Source: Utricularia gibba (Eukaryota > Plantae > Magnoliophyta). From it: a stretch of 64,000 nucleotides of DNA. The stretch covers positions 3,100,001 to 3,164,000 of the forward strand of contig CM007991.1 of the NCBI GenBank assembly GCA_002189035.1, in the 5' to 3' direction. Shown piece by piece: positions 10,828 to 24,294 of the stretch. The notes under the pieces are model-generated. The model was given only the letters and a program-made list of their open reading frames with translations. It ran no database searches and was not told where the DNA came from. The translations under genes and the position numbers were made by a program. The first letter of the stretch is position 1. Every line of letters begins with the position of its first letter.

Positions 10828-13088
10828 TTTAGCTATTTAACGAATTATTGCTCAAATCATCTCACATCTTTTGATAGTTGGATGAAATTCTTATTATCGA
10901 TCATCTTAACAATGTTAATATTATAATATATTAAAAATATCCTTTGTAATTGTAAAAAAAAAAAAAAACCCATGAAAAACGCAAAACCATACATTACCAA
11001 TCATAAATTACATCAAAAGGAAAATATTTTACAAACTATTTTTTGTAAAAACGATATATTACTAACGAACCCCACACATTATAGCAGATAGGAGCAGGGA
11101 TTGGTTCTAAGAGTAGTAACTAGATCATCATCCTCATCATCTGCCATTAACCTAAATAACTTAATTAGAACAAATAATTATACATTGAGATAAAAGTTAA
11201 ATAGTAATGCATATAATAAGTTATCATGAATAATCAATTGAATATAATTTTTTTAATATTGATGGAGAGCCAATCGGCCGATGTAAATCGGGTGGAGATG
11301 AGACCAAATGATATTCTAACTAAACGTTGTTAGTCGAAATACCGATAGATGTCAAATTTGAGTTACGTCAATCACCTAAACAGTCTGAAAAGCCATCAAA
11401 TTATAATGATGACAATGTAATTGATAGTTATATGTCAGGGGAACCATAGTAGAGCTAGTTGGCACAAAAAATAATCAATATCTATGAGATTCAAGATTCG
11501 ATTGGATTAACTTATCCTATAAACACAAGAAAGCACGAAGAAGAAAAAAAAGAAGATAAAAGTAAAATTATCTATATTCTAATTTGTATCTTTTCTTTAC
11601 TTTTGTCTAATAAAGTTATTTTTCGATAAATTTCATTATGTAGTTTTTTTGTCGACTGACAGTTTCCACGTTAAACTCCGTGTCTCATTCAATTACTTTT
11701 GTATGAATTACCACCGAAAAAAGCCTTAACACTCTAAGCCGACCACCAATGGTTTGGCCGTGTAACCCATAAATCGATCTACTTTGACTTAAAGACCACA
11801 ACAAATATATATATACATACTTCACATATGATTGGTTTTCATCTTTAATTGCAACATGCCCTTGTGCAGTGCAGACGGTAGGAGTAGCATGAGATCATCA
11901 TGGTCATCATCAGCCCTTTACCTAAATAACAGAATTGGGAACCAGAACCAATGGCTGAAAACCATGGGTCTGGGCACCCACCACAGCCACACCCGCACAG
12001 GCCATGTGTGTTAGAACAGGAGGGAGGCATGTCTTTGCCTTCCTGGCTGCTCTGCCCTACCTCTGGTTTCTTCATTCATTGTCATGCCGTCCCGGTGGTC
12101 CGCCCCCGGCAGGGTGGGCTGTCCTGAACAAGACACTGTCGCCTCACCCAACACATGGCTGGCACCGCGCCCCCCTCCCCTCCCCTCGGCCCCCAACACA
12201 GACCACGCATTACATGATATCTGGAGGGATACTTCTTCGCCCACCAATCATTTAATTAATATCTACCTTTTTTAATTACACAAAAAAACATAATTATGTC
12301 GTCACGTGGCACCGCGGGCCCCCACAGTAGGGTGGGTGTCTGCCTGATGGAGCACAGCTCGGCACCCTCAACTCCTTCTCGTCTATTTGACTTAGTCAAC
12401 CCCCCCACCCCCGCTCTAAAAACTTTTTTTATTATTTTCATGAAAAATAAAAGATATTTATTTACATGGATGTAAATTAATATGCCTCTTTTTATTTGGA
12501 AAAACCTAATTATTATTCATAGTATTCATGAAATATTTGACAAATATATATTAATAATATCGTATTTAGTGTTTAAAATTGGTAGTTATATGAAATTGAT
12601 ATTATTTAAATCTTGAACTCAAAATTAGATTTGTTTAACAATTTTTACCGAAAAAAAATTAATGATATATGAATGATAAATATAATTTAAATGATTTATT
12701 GTTTAAAATTCTGAACAAGTTATAGAAGGCGTGATTCATGTCCAGCTGGCGGAGTGTTCCTCCACAGTTAATGCGACCCAACGGCCACCCACCTTCACGG
12801 TTTTGCGATCCCCTTTTTGAATACCCAACCGCCACGCCGCCGTACGCAAGTTTCAATTTTGAATTTGACCCAAGAAGTGAAATTTCGGATTCATTTCGAA
12901 AGAATTTCAGTAGAGATTGAAAGGATGGATCAGAATGGGAATCCCCGGGACAAAAATATATATATTCTACAAAAATAAAACAATTAATAATGGATGAAGG
13001 TGAGGAAGCAGAGCAGGGCATTACAAATGAGGTATTTATTAATACTGAGGGAGGAGTCAGTTGGGTGGGGAGCTGCCGAAGGGGGAGG

Positions 13089-13295
13089 TCACCGGTAAGA
13101 TCTGAGGACGGCGCCGCAGAAGGTGCAGATGATCGCTTTCCAGTGCTTCCAGTAGAAGGGGACGTAGCAGAAGCGGGTGGAGGTCTTCATGTCGGCGACG
13201 CTGGCCCCGCCGCCGCACCGGGAGCACGTTCCGGCCAACGGTTTGCTCGTGCCGACCTTCCTCGTCTGATCCACCAGGAAGCAGAAGAATACCAT
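13089..13295 (-). CDS. Small (68 aa) zinc-ribbon protein (zinc_ribbon_15-like plant family)
   Basis: MVFFCFLVDQTRKV...GTCSRCGGGASVADMKTSTRFCYVPFYWKHWKAIICTFCGAVLRSYR has two CxxC pairs and the conserved RFCxVP motif. Intronless. Confidence 0.85.
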   Translation of the reverse strand: MVFFCFLVDQTRKVGTSKPLAGTCSRCGGGASVADMKTSTRFCYVPFYWKHWKAIICTFCGAVLRSYR

Positions 13296-13390
13296 TCCTG
13301 TTGACAAGAAGGAAGAGATGCCGTCTGTTGGAGAGTGGGATGGGGAGGCCTGGAGGGGGGTACTTATAGCGGCCGCTGGGAAGACAGCCG

Positions 13391-13411
13391 CCCCCCCCCC
13401 CCCCCCCCCCC
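13391..13411. repeat. Poly-C tract (21 nt) in the divergent region between the zinc-ribbon and PPR genes
   Basis: Read directly from the sequence. Confidence 0.95.
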
Positions 13412-13816
13412 AAGTCATTATTTTAATACTGAAAAGAATGCGGGGGGCGTTGAGGAATGGGTAGGAAGAGAGCATTTGAGCCGAATTATTGTGGCGTGGG
13501 GGCGGCCCCGTCCCCGATAGGCCTTTGAAAATAATAAAGGGATGGGATAAAGACAGGGTTGACTTCTTCGTCCTTGTGAGATTACTATTTTGGACATTGG
13601 GAGGAGGCGCCACGTCAACGCCTGGAATAAAGTATTTTTGAAAAAATCAGAAATATTAGTTTTGTATTCGAATTAAAAGGTATTATGTTTATTGAGAGAG
13701 ATAGTTGTCAACAGCTTGGGAGTAGGGGGAATAGCGTGGGTCCCACTAGGTGTACTGTAACTACTCTTCTAGATGAAGCCGGTTTGTTTACTTGGTCAAG
13801 CGGGGGGATTTTGTGT

Positions 13817-15657
13817 ATGAATCTCTTGCTTTGGCGGCGGTGCTCTTCTCCGGCGCGAAGGCTGTGCATTTGTTTCTCGACCGTCGCCTCTCGGTTCTTA
13901 GAGAATTGCAGGAATGGATTGGTGTCGGTCTCGGGTTTGGCTGACTTTTCTGAATTCGGAGATGGTCGTGTGTCGGAACCTATTGTGTACGCCAACATCG
14001 TGCACGCCTTAACGAGGTCGCGTTGCTTCGCCGCGGGGACGCAGTTTCACTGCCATTTGATTAAGTCCGGGCTTGAGTCCGATCGTTTCGTTGGGAACAG
14101 CCTTTTGGCTCTGTACTTCAAACGGGGCAATGACTTTGAGGACACGTTGAGGCTGTTCGATGAGTTGAAGTATAAGGATGTTGTTTCTTGGAGTTCAATG
14201 ATATCTGGGCATATTCGGGTGAAAAGGCCTCGGAATGCCATAAAGATGTATCTCGAAATGTTGCATACCGGCGTTGAGCCGAATGCTTTTACTTTGTCAG
14301 CAGCGATCAAGGCTTCTGCAGAGATAAGGGAGCTGAACTTGGGGAGAAGCTTCCACGGGCTTGTTGTGAGATGCGGATTTGAGTCTAATCAGGTAATCGT
14401 AGCAGCAATCATCGATATGTATGGGAGAAGTCGCCAGCCAAATGAATGCCGTAAGCTGTTCGATGAAATGCCTGAACCAGATGCTGTTTCCTGCACTTGT
14501 ATGGTTTCAGCGCTTACCAGGTGCGATCTCTATCTCGAGGCCCTTGAGGTATTCTACATCATGCGCAGTAAGCATGCGCATTCGCCAGATTGGTTCACTT
14601 TTGGCAGCTCTCTAACCGCCGTAGGAAACCTGGAAAGGGTAGCACAAGGTAAGCAGATCCATGCTCAAGCGGTGGTTGGGGGGTTCCATGAAAATGTGTT
14701 TGTCGCCAGCAGCTTGGTTGACATGTACGCCAAGTTTGGAATGGCGCAGGAATCACAGCTTGTGTTCGACAAAATGGAGAACAGAAACTCCGTATCCTGC
14801 TGCGCCTTGCTCGGAGGATATTGCAGGAAGGGGGAGTTCGAAGTAGTCATAAAGCTTTTCAGAGACATGGAGAAGGATCTCTACGCCTTCGGGACGGTTC
14901 TTCGTGCCTGTGCCGGTCTAGCCAGCTTGAGGACTGGAAGGGAGGTGCATTGCCAGTACTTGAAGAGAGGCAGTTGGAGAGATGTAGTGGTGGAATCAGC
15001 TTTAGTTGATTTGTATGCAAAATGTGGCTATGTTGATTCCGCTTACAAGGTCTTCTCCGAGATGCCTGTAAGGAATATGATCACTTGGAACTCGATGATC
15101 GGAGGATTCGCCCAGAACGGAAGGGGGAAGAAGCTGTAGAGATATTCAATCTGATGATCAAGGAGGGAGCTAAACCAGATGACATAACTTTCATAGAAGT
15201 TCTGTTCGCTTGTAGCCATTCTGGTCTGACTGATAAGGGACGTGAGCTCTTTTCATCCATGTACGGCGTCTACGGAGTTAAACCCGGAATCGAGCACTAC
15301 AGTTGTGTGGTTGATCTTTTGGGAAGGAATGGAATGGTACAGGAGGCTGAAGACCTGGTCATGGATTCAGAGTTCAGAGACAATGCTTGCCTGTGGACTG
15401 CAGTGCTTGGTGCTTGCACTCTGAGTAATGATCTGAATCTTGTGGAACGCATTGCTGCAAGAGTCATCGAACTGGTTCCTGATAACCACTTGAGTTATGT
15501 GCTTCTAGCTAACATATATAGAACGGTAGGCAGGTGGAAAGACTCCCATCGAGTTTGGGAGCTAATGAGGATTAGAGGTGTGAAGAAAATGCCTGGAAAG
15601 AGCTGGACTGATCCTAGCACCTTCAATCCATCCCTTTCTCTGTTTAAGGCTGCATGA
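13817..15657 (+). CDS. Pentatricopeptide repeat protein, PLS-E subclass (organellar RNA editing-type); one apparent -1 frameshift
   Basis: Tandem P/L/S motifs (DVVSWSSMISG, NSLLALY, VESALVDLYAKCG, ITWNSMIGGFAQNG) and an E-domain ending KKMPGKSW. ORFs 13685-15139 and 15085-15657 join if one G is added to the G-run at 15123-15127 (NGRGEEAVEIF). Probable ATG at 13817. Confidence 0.93.
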
Positions 15658-15818
15658 GCTACAACATTCTGTACATCATTTTATTGCTACACTTCCCCAA
15701 CTTGAGTGAATCCAAAATCCCAAATATATAATCCGGAAAAGCATTGAGAAACCGAGGCACAGCGCTAGGTACCTCTCGGGAAGTGCTTCTGGTGTGGAGG
15801 CGATATGGGAGGGTTGAG

Positions 15819-18269
15819 TTACAATGCAGACATCATAGTTCTTGCTGCCTCTCTCCTCATCTCTGCAGCTTTTCCACTTCCTCTGAAGTACATGTAAACT
15901 TGCTGCACATTGTTGAAAGGGGATCTGAAGGTCAGATAGAGAGATGCAAGGCGAAGAGGAATTCGTGAAAATGCTTGCTGGAACTTAACCTGAATCACCC
16001 ATATGCTGATCAGTGACTCCGCAGTGAAAAGTCCAAATCCCACAAAGTAAAATACCTGTATATGCTTAGCTAAAGTAATGAGTGGACTGCAGAAAAAAAA
16101 TGAGGGAGTTGCATAATGTGGACTGGAGAAATGAAGCTCGGAAGCCTTACCCCAACCAAAAGATTTCCGCTTACAAGGTCGAAAGCTGGCAAGATTCCTC
16201 TGTGAAATAGAAATAAAGGGCCAACCATCAGCAAGCAATCGATGGTTCAGCAAGCAAAAATATAGAACACGAAGAAGCGTACGCCAAGGATTTTCCTTTA
16301 AAGATCATTGGAGGAGCAACAGCAGCTAGAACACAGAAGCCAATGTGAAACTGCATGATATAAGACCAGTTAAGCATCATATGGGGAAATAGGGAAAATC
16401 TTAAGAGTACAATACTTACGACGTAGGATATGAAGAACCATCCGAAGCTCAGAAAACTGTCCGTCCTGGAAATGGTATCATGAAAATAAGAGGGCACACA
16501 GATCACAGGTTACAATGTGCAGATAAAAGGTGTGAAAGAAGGCAGCTAAATCACGTAGTTTTTGAATTCATTGCTGCATTATTCCTCATATAAATGTCAG
16601 ATCATTATTTAGATTATTAAAAGATAAATCAAAAGGATAATTCAGTGCTCCTATGTACCTCATTGCACGATAAAGAGGACGGTACCACAACACATAGGCT
16701 CCAGGGACACCAGATAACAAGTAGATAATAGAGAGTAGCCAGATAGTGGGACCTACAAAAAGGGAACCATCAACATGATCAGCGAATTCAAAGGTAACTG
16801 ATTCCAGAGGATGAATATGGTTCAACAACAACCTTCTCCCTTGATCCAAGCTAAAGTAACCGCTATGACATTCCACACTAGACATCCAACCAAACCTGCA
16901 AGTGTTTCATGTTATGCAAACTCAGAGAAGCATCTAAAAAGCACCACAACAGCAATAAAATGATTTAGGCAGAGTTTCATTGAGCTTCGTTTAATCCCTA
17001 CCCAACAATGTTGTGAATGCGACATATTGCAGCTTTTGAAGGTGGACAGGAATTTCCTTGGATATGTCGTGATGAATTATTGGGTAGAAAGGTGGCCAAT
17101 TTTTTTCCTCAATGACAATTCCAGCTGGTAAAAGAAAAAAAGACACATTAAACTTTAACTTTGCATGTTGTAACAACAAAACTTGAATACAAAGAAAAAG
17201 AATTACATCGCGCAATGGCATCTTCCCTCCTTTTTAACTCCTGCAGAGTGTTACAAAATGTTAATAGTCTGACGTAGTTTCCAAAGCAGCACATGATTTT
17301 ACGGTTCATATCTATGCAGAATAAAATAAGTGTAGTGGATGAAAAAGGTTCAGTCAAACCTACAAATCATGAACAACATAGGCATACGGGAAAACATAAA
17401 TCATACATAGAGTAACGCCTTAGATCACAAGGTGCAGTATCTTAATCCACTTTATTTAATAGAGGAAATTGTTAGGAGCCAAGAAAAGGTAACACCTCAC
17501 CTGTTCCCTCTTTTTTAGTTCAGCCTCTTTAGCTTGGAGTTCCTTTTCTTTCTTTTTCAAATCCTACAAAATTATTGAATGCTTAGTCTGTGTGAATATC
17601 CTAAATACTCGCGTTCATCACTTGGTCTACCTTGGAACTGTCAAGAGGAATATCAACCGTGACACCATGATCATACTCAGCACGTTCATGCGGAAGAGGG
17701 GAAAGCCTTGCATTCACAGGAGGAACACTCCCAGGATTCTGAGAATCAAATCAACGAAAAACTTGGTAAATCAAGAGTCTTAGACCACATTAAGTGGTGC
17801 TATCCTTTCAGAGCAACCTTACCGGGATGTAAAATGCACCCCCACCATGGTTTGATTGACCTTTCCCCACACTTTGATCCTATAAAAAAAAAGGCCAAAT
17901 CAGAATCATAATGCATCAAAAAAACAGCGTCTGTCTTGCTTGCATGCAAATGATTCGTACATAGCCAAGAAATTGCAGGAACTTGTGAAGAACGAAAAAC
18001 AGAACAAAATGATCCATGATCATAATTCTTCAAACATGCAATATAATAGCAACTCCGCTTCTTATTCTGATAAAACACCAGACCTACTGTAAGTATAAGA
18101 AACGAATGCAACGTATTCAAACATCGGAATCATGTTCCTACACCATTTATCAACAGAACTGAATGCATTTTTTCATCATCGGCCAAAAAAAAAATCAGAA
18201 AGCGTCATTTACCGCGAAAGGATTAACATCTTCCTCGGCAAACGGATTGGAATCATAACCTCTAGCCAT
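15819..18269 (-). CDS. SCAMP: Secretory carrier-associated membrane protein (SCAMP)
   Basis: Starts [19 protein letters not shown] (two NPF motifs), with [16 protein letters not shown], the E-peptide [11 protein letters not shown] and the end [20 protein letters not shown]. Many small GT-AG exons, which I traced in frame. Confidence 0.96.
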
Positions 18270-18895
18270 GACAAATACCTTTCTGAAATGGCGAAAAACA
18301 ATAGCTTTGTGATGAAGCCGAAAAATTCTCAATGATAATAGATCTGGAAAATGTACATCAAAACGTGAATCCAAATCCTTGGCTCTTTATATCATCCGAT
18401 CTTCAGGACCGTGTCGGAAAACTTCCGACCGACTTGAATCCCGCCGGGAAACTTGTATTGTTCCCACAGGAACTTTATATATATATACTTTCTCAACGGC
18501 AACTGATACAAAATTGCAGTTTCATTTGCACTTTGGCCCTTTATTTATGCGCATAATACATTTTTAACCCCGCATTTGGGTCCCACCAGTTACTCAATTA
18601 CCAATATACCAAAAAGCGTGTATCGAACACCGGAAAAGCGTGTAGCGGTTTACTGCAACAAAACTTGGATCCTGAAGATGACCAGGCATCCGAGTGCTGC
18701 TGAATCATGAAGCATCAATCATAGTGAAAGAATAGAGAACAACAAATGCAGGGTCCCCGGATCAGGTGATGATAATCAACCCCAGTTCGTTGTTTCGTCC
18801 CTCGGAGGCGTAAACCGGAGCCGATCATGGCTTGATCTTGTGAATGAGGAGGGTGGTGTTGAGCTAAATCCTTCCTACAATCGTCAGTTGCCTTC

Positions 18896-21800
18896 TTATG
18901 TGTTCAAAGCCTCCTTCCTTATCAGCTCCATGATGTCCCGTACAACATCAGACATTAATGGCCTGTATTCCGGCTCAGTCTGCATCAGTAGACACAGATG
19001 GATTGGTGAAACTGCCGTTTTGAAGAGAGAATGTGATGTTGCTTCGGTTCCATGTGCAGGATAGAAAGAAGCTCACCAGTACACAGCGGGAAATGATGTC
19101 TACGAAATGGGACAGTGATTTTCCGGAGCATCTTCCGACGAGAGCGGGATCGATCATTTTTGACAAGGCATCGAAATCATGGAGTTGGGGGATAGCCCAT
19201 CTCACCAGAAACTGCTCCCCTCGAGGTCGCCTCCTGTGAAGAAGGTGGAGCAGGCGCAGGATGAAGAATTGAGAACACGAGTATGTCTTGGTGTTAGGAT
19301 TCCTTACTTGTCATACGACATTCTTCCTGTCAGAAGTTCAAGCATGACCACTCCAAAACTGTAGACATCGCTTCTGGTGGTGTATACTCCTGACTCGAAC
19401 TCCGGTGCGCCATAGCCGTAAGTTGTAAGAAGCTGTCCTGACAACTGATTCATGAAGATGAACACAATGAGCATGAGCACATAGCATCTTTGATTCAGTA
19501 TTCTATTTAGAAAGACAATCACCTGGTTTGCAGACGCTGACTGCATCAGTGGAGCCAAGCCACAGTCAGACACAAGAACAGAAACATCTTCATCAAGCAG
19601 AATGTTTGCTGACTTAAAATTCCTATGAATTATGGGTGGCTCGCAGTCCTCATGCATATACCTTGCACAAAAAAATAGGTAGAACTCATCAGTCCTAAAT
19701 GAGGAACAAGAACATGGTAGCCAAGTTTGGTTGGGATTATGGAACTTACTCCAATGCCCTGGCAGCTCCGAGTGCAATTCTGATGCGCATATTCCATGAC
19801 AGGTTCTTCTTGAACTCATCATCAGAGTGGAGAGCATCATGCAGTGTTCCATTGTTGCAGAATTTGTAAATGAGAAGCTTCTGGGAATGCTCTGAGCAAT
19901 AGCCCATCAGCTCAACCACATTGCTATGTCGAATTTTGTCTAGACTATTGACCAGCTCAATAAATTGGTCATCCGTCCACTGTTTTCCTATTTTTTGGTC
20001 CAGTTTCTTCAATGCAAGCAACTACAAATGCATGAAAATGAATTTCCAGGATGACCTTTCATATTCCACAGTACACAAACATGAAAAAGAAATCTTACCC
20101 TTCCATCTGGTAGCTGTGCCTGGTAAACAGCTCCAAGCATGCCACTTCCAACAAGATTATCCCTTGAAAAGCTATCAGTATACTGCTGAAGTGATGCTAT
20201 TGAATAAGCTCTAACAAAAGTTTTAGGCTCGGTGGAATGCCTGTTGGACGCTCCTGCTGCTGCTCCAATTGGATTCACAATAACTTTATCTGGAAGCGGA
20301 GGGGGTCTTGGTGGAGGCGTAGATGGAGGAGGAGGAGGTGGAGGTGGTGGCAATATATCCATCTCAAAGCTACTCGTATCAATCTCATACTCATTTCTCT
20401 TAGACCCTCCCAAATTTTGCTTGTTCACATTCTCATTTCGCAGTGTAGGTATCGAAGCCACTGGTCTTTGCTGATCCACAGGTTTCGTCCAAACAGCAGG
20501 CGTAGTGGAAGCTGATACACAGTTCGCCAAGTGAGTCACCAAAAGGGGATCTTCAGAAAGCATGAAGGCATGAAAGCAAAAAGTATTCAAGAACTCATAC
20601 AAACAAATACCTTTCTGTGCTCCCTGGCTTGGTAAAGTACCGGGGCCAGCATCTCTAAAAGTGTCTCTGGCGCCATTTTCAGGAGTAATTCCGTATCTCT
20701 TTGGGGTCCTATGTGATTCATTCCTGTCCCTAACGCATTTCGGCAAGAGAAGTAGGATGACCAATAGCAATACAACGAAGGACAACACTCCTGCAATGGA
20801 TATGCCTACAACTCTTTTTGTGTTGGATGACGTTCTTGAGGTGGTTGAATTTGACTGAACAGCTCTAAATGGCCCTTCAGCCGGCATTGGCGGTCGTCTT
20901 CTAGAAGCTGGAGGTGGTGGTGCTCGACTTGAGGTTGGTCCAGGAAAAAATGGCACTGCTGAAGGGGATGTTTCAACAGATGGTGGAGGAGCTACTGGCA
21001 CAATACTGCTGGAATTAAACGGATTCCCATCTTTCCTGCACTCAAAAATTTCAAGGCATCAGGGAAAGAGCTCAAGCACCTGTTCAGCATTCAAGGTACA
21101 CACAAGGGAGGTATTCGAGCATACCGGAAATTGGGTATGTCCAGTAACTGCGAAGGTATTGGTCCCGAAAAAAGATTGTTCTCTACGTTTCTACGATTCA
21201 GAGGAAAACAGATAACTTCTAAGCATAATGAAGAATGAAAAAACACACACACACATAACGTATATGAGAAATATTACAAATCTTTCAGAGGGAGATCCTG
21301 CAAAACTTCAAGAGTTCCAGACAGCTGATTATTCTGCAAATGTCTGTCAACGAAACTATCAGTCCATCCATATGATAAAGGAAATCCATGAATATTTTAA
21401 GTACGTGATTTACTTACAGAGTTGTAAGAGATGACAGATTCTGCATGGAAGGAGGCAACAGCCCACTAAAATTATTATTTGACAAGTCTCTGTACAAGAA
21501 AATTAACAAGGGTCAAGCTACTCATAGCCATCCTATGATGGAAATAAATATGTCAGACACGTACAAATTTGTCAATACGAGAAGGTCCTCGAAAGAATCA
21601 GGAATTTCTCCAGATAATTCATTGTCATTGAGGGACCTGATCAAGTTCATTGCTCAAAGGAGAAGCAAAGATAAGCATGAAAGGTATGAGTATCCTGGCA
21701 CTTACATAGCTGACAACTGAGTCAGAGAAGATAAAGTACTAGGTATAGTTCCAGTAAGCTTGTTGTCTGAGAGAAAGCTGTTAAGAAATGTAAAGAGTGA

Positions 21801-22572
21801 TCATCAAATTTTCAATTCTACAGCGATCCTTTCCATTCTTTCTTAATGATGCGAAAACCTACAAGTTGACTAATGTGGAAGGTAAGCTGGACGGAATGCT
21901 CCCTCCAATAAGGTTATTGCTTAGTGTTCTGGCATAGAATAACACAGAGTCACCCAAAAGCATCGGTGTCATAAGTCCTAAAACAGGAAAAAGGTCATTT
22001 CTGTGCTGCTACTCACATGCCCTGGATAGAAGAGAAGCCACCAAGACCATCACCAAGCTCTCCAACCAAATTTGCCCCGATGATTTTTCTGGAAAACAAC
22101 ATCATACAAGCATTCAGTCAGAGTTCGGAAATCCAATCCAGTGAAGCTTCAAGCCAAGGTCCATACATAGAAGTTATGTTAGGTCCGTCTTGACAATCAA
22201 CTCCCTGCCACATATCACCACAAGGATCTCCACCATTGGAGATCCATCCTGGAAGTGAGGGTGATCCAAGTGCAACGTGTAAGCTATTGATGGCAGCAAC
22301 TGAGAAAAATTCACGAGAATCAGCGATTCATCAGACAGTGAAGTATGAACAATGCGTTATCAACAGTAAGAGGAAACTATATATTTTGGCATCTCGTGCA
22401 CGAAAAGAGAGAGCATCTCTGCCATTTGGAACGAGACACACGAATTTCCTTTATGGGACTCACCATCACTAGGATTGGTAAACCCATGTGACACGCTGAT
22501 AAATAATAGAAAAGAAAATCCCAGCAGGATCTCCCAGTTAGACCAATTCCCTGCAGATCTGTTCCCTGCCAT
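18896..22572 (-). CDS. STRUBBELIG-receptor family LRR receptor-like kinase (SRF1/SRF3-like, LRR-V)
   Basis: Signal peptide, [10 protein letters not shown] cap, a series of ~72-bp LRR exons, Pro-rich extracellular linker, TM ([23 protein letters not shown]), and a kinase with [19 protein letters not shown] and [11 protein letters not shown]. Stop at 18896. Confidence 0.95.
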
Positions 22573-23147
22573 TGGCACAAAACACTAGTCTTTTCTTCAA
22601 TCTGCTCCGCCTCTGGATAGAAACTATACTTAACCAATTCATAAACCACCGTCCAGCCTGGGAAAAACATGCGTCGAGTGAGAAAGCATGAGAATTAAAG
22701 GCAGGAACTTGACTGGTCCCGGAAAAAACATTTAAAAGCTACCAAGAAAATAAAACAAAACCCAGCCACCCATACGCAACCACACGAAGCACACGACGAC
22801 AGAAACCAAAAGGACCGTTCGAAGACTCTCAGGTACCCAGACACATCAAAACAACATACTCATTCAAGAACCCATCTTGCAGCATTCATGTCAAAAGCGC
22901 CTTGACCCACGGTAAACTACTGCAATAGCGTAATAAACTCGAGGAACCCACTACCAGGCCATCAGTAGCCATCCAATCTAGTGCGCGTCAAGACGCATTG
23001 ACAAAGAAAAGACTTGCAAGTCAATCAAAGAAACCGAGGCAAAGTTCACACGAAGCAGAAAGTAGCAACAAACCTGAACTTCCAACGAGACGGTCCAGAA
23101 GTGGAGAAGAGCAAAAAAGCTAAAAAGTTGAAACGAAATGAGATGGG

Positions 23148-23163
23148 GAGAGAGAGAGAGAGA
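23148..23163. repeat. (GA)8 microsatellite in the SRF 5' region
   Basis: gagagagagagagaga; reads as (CT)n on the SRF sense strand, typical of plant 5' UTRs. Confidence 0.85.
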
Positions 23164-24190
23164 TGGGCAGTGGGGATCTGCTGAGTATTGCGTAGGAAAA
23201 GTGGCAGGAAATGCGAGATGGACAGGGGAAGTGATTCCGCAGCTCTTTTCCCACCTGGTGAGCCGTAAAAAAAAAAAAACAAACAAAAAATTGATGCTCA
23301 TCCCCACGCGCCTTCCCCAGCACGTGCTTCCAGACTGTGAAGCATTTATTTATCGTTCCTGCACCAAGCAGTTTTGTCACCACTCAAAACACCAACCGCA
23401 ACAATTATTTGAACTCCCACGACACTTTATCTCTCATTATTTTAATAAATAATATTCTAAAACAATTTTATTCTATTCAATTTTCCAATAAAAAATGGTA
23501 AAAATAAAGCGTGGAACAAACGCGCCGCCTACTGAGGACGTGGGATTCCGTCTACCGTAACTTTGAGGTAGATAAAAAAGAAAAGTTATTAGCGGTTGGG
23601 CCAGCCGCCAGCCACCCAGGGCAAATTGGGAATTTACTCCTCTATTTTCTGAAGAAATAAAATAAATAAAATATTGTATTAAACTACTACATTAGAAGGA
23701 GGTTGTCGATAAGTATGATCCACGGGAATAGGATTCCCTTTTCAAAAGGCCCCCCTTTTCTTGTTTTTCTTTTTACATTTTTCCAATTTAAAAGAAAATG
23801 GAATTTTAAAAAAAATAGAAAAATTGATTTATTAATATTATATAAAAATGAATTATAACAAAAACTTGGTTAATAAAATCATTTGTTAATGTAAATAACT
23901 ATAAAAATACTTATGTATTTTATATTTAATAAATTAATTCATTCTATTTGAAACCCTAATCCCCAACAATAGACCCTAATTCGGGACCTAGATATGTGCG
24001 GTGGTTGTACGATATTATTTGAAAAATCAGCACCGTCCAAAATATTTGAATATATTTAAATATAATGGGCCTGCTATGATGGTATCTTATTGGACTGATG
24101 GGCTTGAAGGCATCTGATGGGCCGGTCCATTGCAGAAGGGGACAAAATATTGTTGCAGACTCGCAGCGTTGATCCATGAGCTGTCCGATT

Positions 24191-24232
24191 GCCACGTCAC
24201 ACGACGAGGATAAGGAGATAAGCCCACGTGGC
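24191..24232 (+). promoter_or_regulatory. Light-responsive G-box/I-box module upstream of PSB27
   Basis: GCCACGTC at 24191, GGATAAG at 24208, GATAAG at 24217, CCACGTGG at 24224, all 60-100 bp before the ATG. Confidence 0.7.
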
Positions 24233-24294
24233 ATAAGGAAATCTTGTTTCATTTTCCGATCAAAAGGAACCGCTGCTCTGTTGTACTATCTTCC

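Noticed and set aside
11449-11515. tRNA-like A/B-box remnant (AGCTAGTTGG ... GATTCGATT), possible SINE fragment
   Set aside because: Too degenerate: no cloverleaf, target-site duplication or tail to support a call.
12014-12060. Superficial resemblance to miR408 arms (ACAGGGAGGGAGGCATG / TGCCTTCCTGGC)
   Set aside because: Does not match the mature miR408 sequence, and the arms do not form a proper 21-nt duplex.
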